From Ylistrum balloti (lineage: Eukaryota), in the NCBI RefSeq assembly GCF_031769215.1, contig NW_026782056.1:62001-126000 (forward strand): a stretch of 64,000 nucleotides of DNA, given 5' to 3'. The position numbers and the translations under genes were made by a program. The notes under the pieces are model-generated. The model did no database searches and was not told where the DNA came from. It saw nothing but the letters and a program-made list of their open reading frames with translations. This document shows positions 62,901 to 64,000 of this stretch, in pieces; the stretch's first letter is position 1, and every line of letters starts with the position of its first letter.

Positions 62901-63476
62901 TCAATCGATCAGATAGTAGATTGATTATAGGTGAGGAGTTAGTTAAAGACACCATTAGTCCAGTTGCAAATTACAACATACTTATTAAGTATGTTCTAGA
63001 TAGTACCATATTAAATCTAGGGTTTTCACTAAATGAAACTCATTTTTGCGGATGTTTATAGTGGATTGTGCTTTAATTACAAACATATTTAATGTAATTT
63101 CTTACCTTTATTCTGCTAAATTCTGAAAGAAAACCAGATCTCATCAGCTGGTCGGTGACTTGTATAGCCGGATTACTGAAGTAGCGTGTTCAAGTTGAAC
63201 GGCAGAATAACGACTTCGCCCAGGACACCAGACAGTACATATATATATGTGTGTGTACATGCATTACATGGTATTTTAAGATATTGAAGTTTAGCTTGGA
63301 AAATACGTGTCATCAACAATCGACTATAACAGACTTGTCTGCAAAACATGATATGTAACAATAACAACAGTGAGTTTCCAACACAAACATTTGGCGTTCC
63401 ATATTGATATATTCTAGATAATTTATTTCCGTTGAATTTTGTGGTCTCTTGTGGTAACTTCGATAGACACAACAAA

Positions 63477-64000
63477 ATGGCAAACAATTTCAGCAACTTT
63501 TCATTCCCACCGAATACAAATTGGGAAGGATACGTTACTTCAGTGTTTCTGTCGTTCTTGATCGTCCTGACACTTGTAGGAAACATGTATGTCGTGGTCG
63601 CCATTTTTATCTATAAACCACTGAGGAGCGTACAGAACTTCTTTGTTATTTCCCTGTCTGTTGCCGACATGGCTGTAGCTATACTAGTCATGCCATTCCA
63701 TATCTCTAACATATTATTCAACGAATGGATTTACGGATTTGCATTTTGTGACCTGTGGCTGACTTTTGACATTTTATTGTGTACGGCGTCGATTTTAAAT
63801 ATATGTGTCATTGCTTTGGATCGCTATTTTGCCATACATGACCCGTTGAACTATGCCGCTAAAAGGACTATAAAGCGTGTATTGTTTATGATAGTGGCAG
63901 CCTGGGTCACGAGCGCCGCCATTTCCGTGCCACCATTATTTGGATGGAGTGATAAAACACACGGTAGTTTGCTCGATCCTGAAAGTGGAGAGTGTCATCT
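63477..64000 (+). CDS. Biogenic amine class A GPCR, tyramine receptor 1 / Oct-TyrR-like (TM1-TM4; 3' end outside the window)
   Basis: Open frame from ATG 63477 (context aacaaaATGG) to the window end: MANNFSNFSF...GNMYVVVAIFIYKPLRSVQNFFVISLSVADMAVAILVMPF...CDLWLTFDILLCTASILNICVIALDRYFAIHDPLNYAAKRTIKRVL...AW...SVPPLFGW. It has the TM3 Asp, DRY, TM2 D and TM4 W. YKPLRxVQNFF and DPxNYAxKRT are characteristic of invertebrate tyramine/octopamine receptors. Confidence 0.95.
   Translation, partial: MANNFSNFSFPPNTNWEGYVTSVFLSFLIVLTLVGNMYVVVAIFIYKPLRSVQNFFVISLSVADMAVAILVMPFHISNILFNEWIYGFAFCDLWLTFDILLCTASILNICVIALDRYFAIHDPLNYAAKRTIKRVLFMIVAAWVTSAAISVPPLFGWSDKTHGSLLDPESGECH

Noticed and set aside
63173-63604. 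143-aa minus ORF
   Set aside because: Antisense to the clearly recognisable GPCR.

Overview
AT-rich, intron-containing animal genomic DNA. It is most likely a bivalve mollusc, inferred from the SINE, Penelope-like and HINE-like repeat types. Three protein-coding genes can be supported. (1) A complete 8-coding-exon DHHC palmitoyltransferase, ZDHHC16-like (minus, 1936-6983, 368 aa), whose DHHC-P intron has U12 minor-spliceosome signals. (2) A complete 4-exon, 141-aa gene (plus, 12467-13758) ending in CxRCxAGxGGHxxH, resembling C10orf143, with NRF1-like and E2F motifs upstream. (3) The 5' part of a tyramine/octopamine-type biogenic amine GPCR (plus, 63477 to window end), missing from the ORF track because it runs off the window. 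The ~50 kb between genes 2 and 3 holds many minisatellites, decayed Penelope-like RT fragments, tRNA-derived SINEs, non-autonomous DNA elements, orphan promoter-like or first-exon-like segments, and at least one decayed unidentified coding frame. Most ORF-track entries are repeat-derived or antisense artefacts. I found no CRISPR array, rRNA or intact tRNA gene. I cannot demonstrate a clearly new biological system; the best leads are given as findings with tests.
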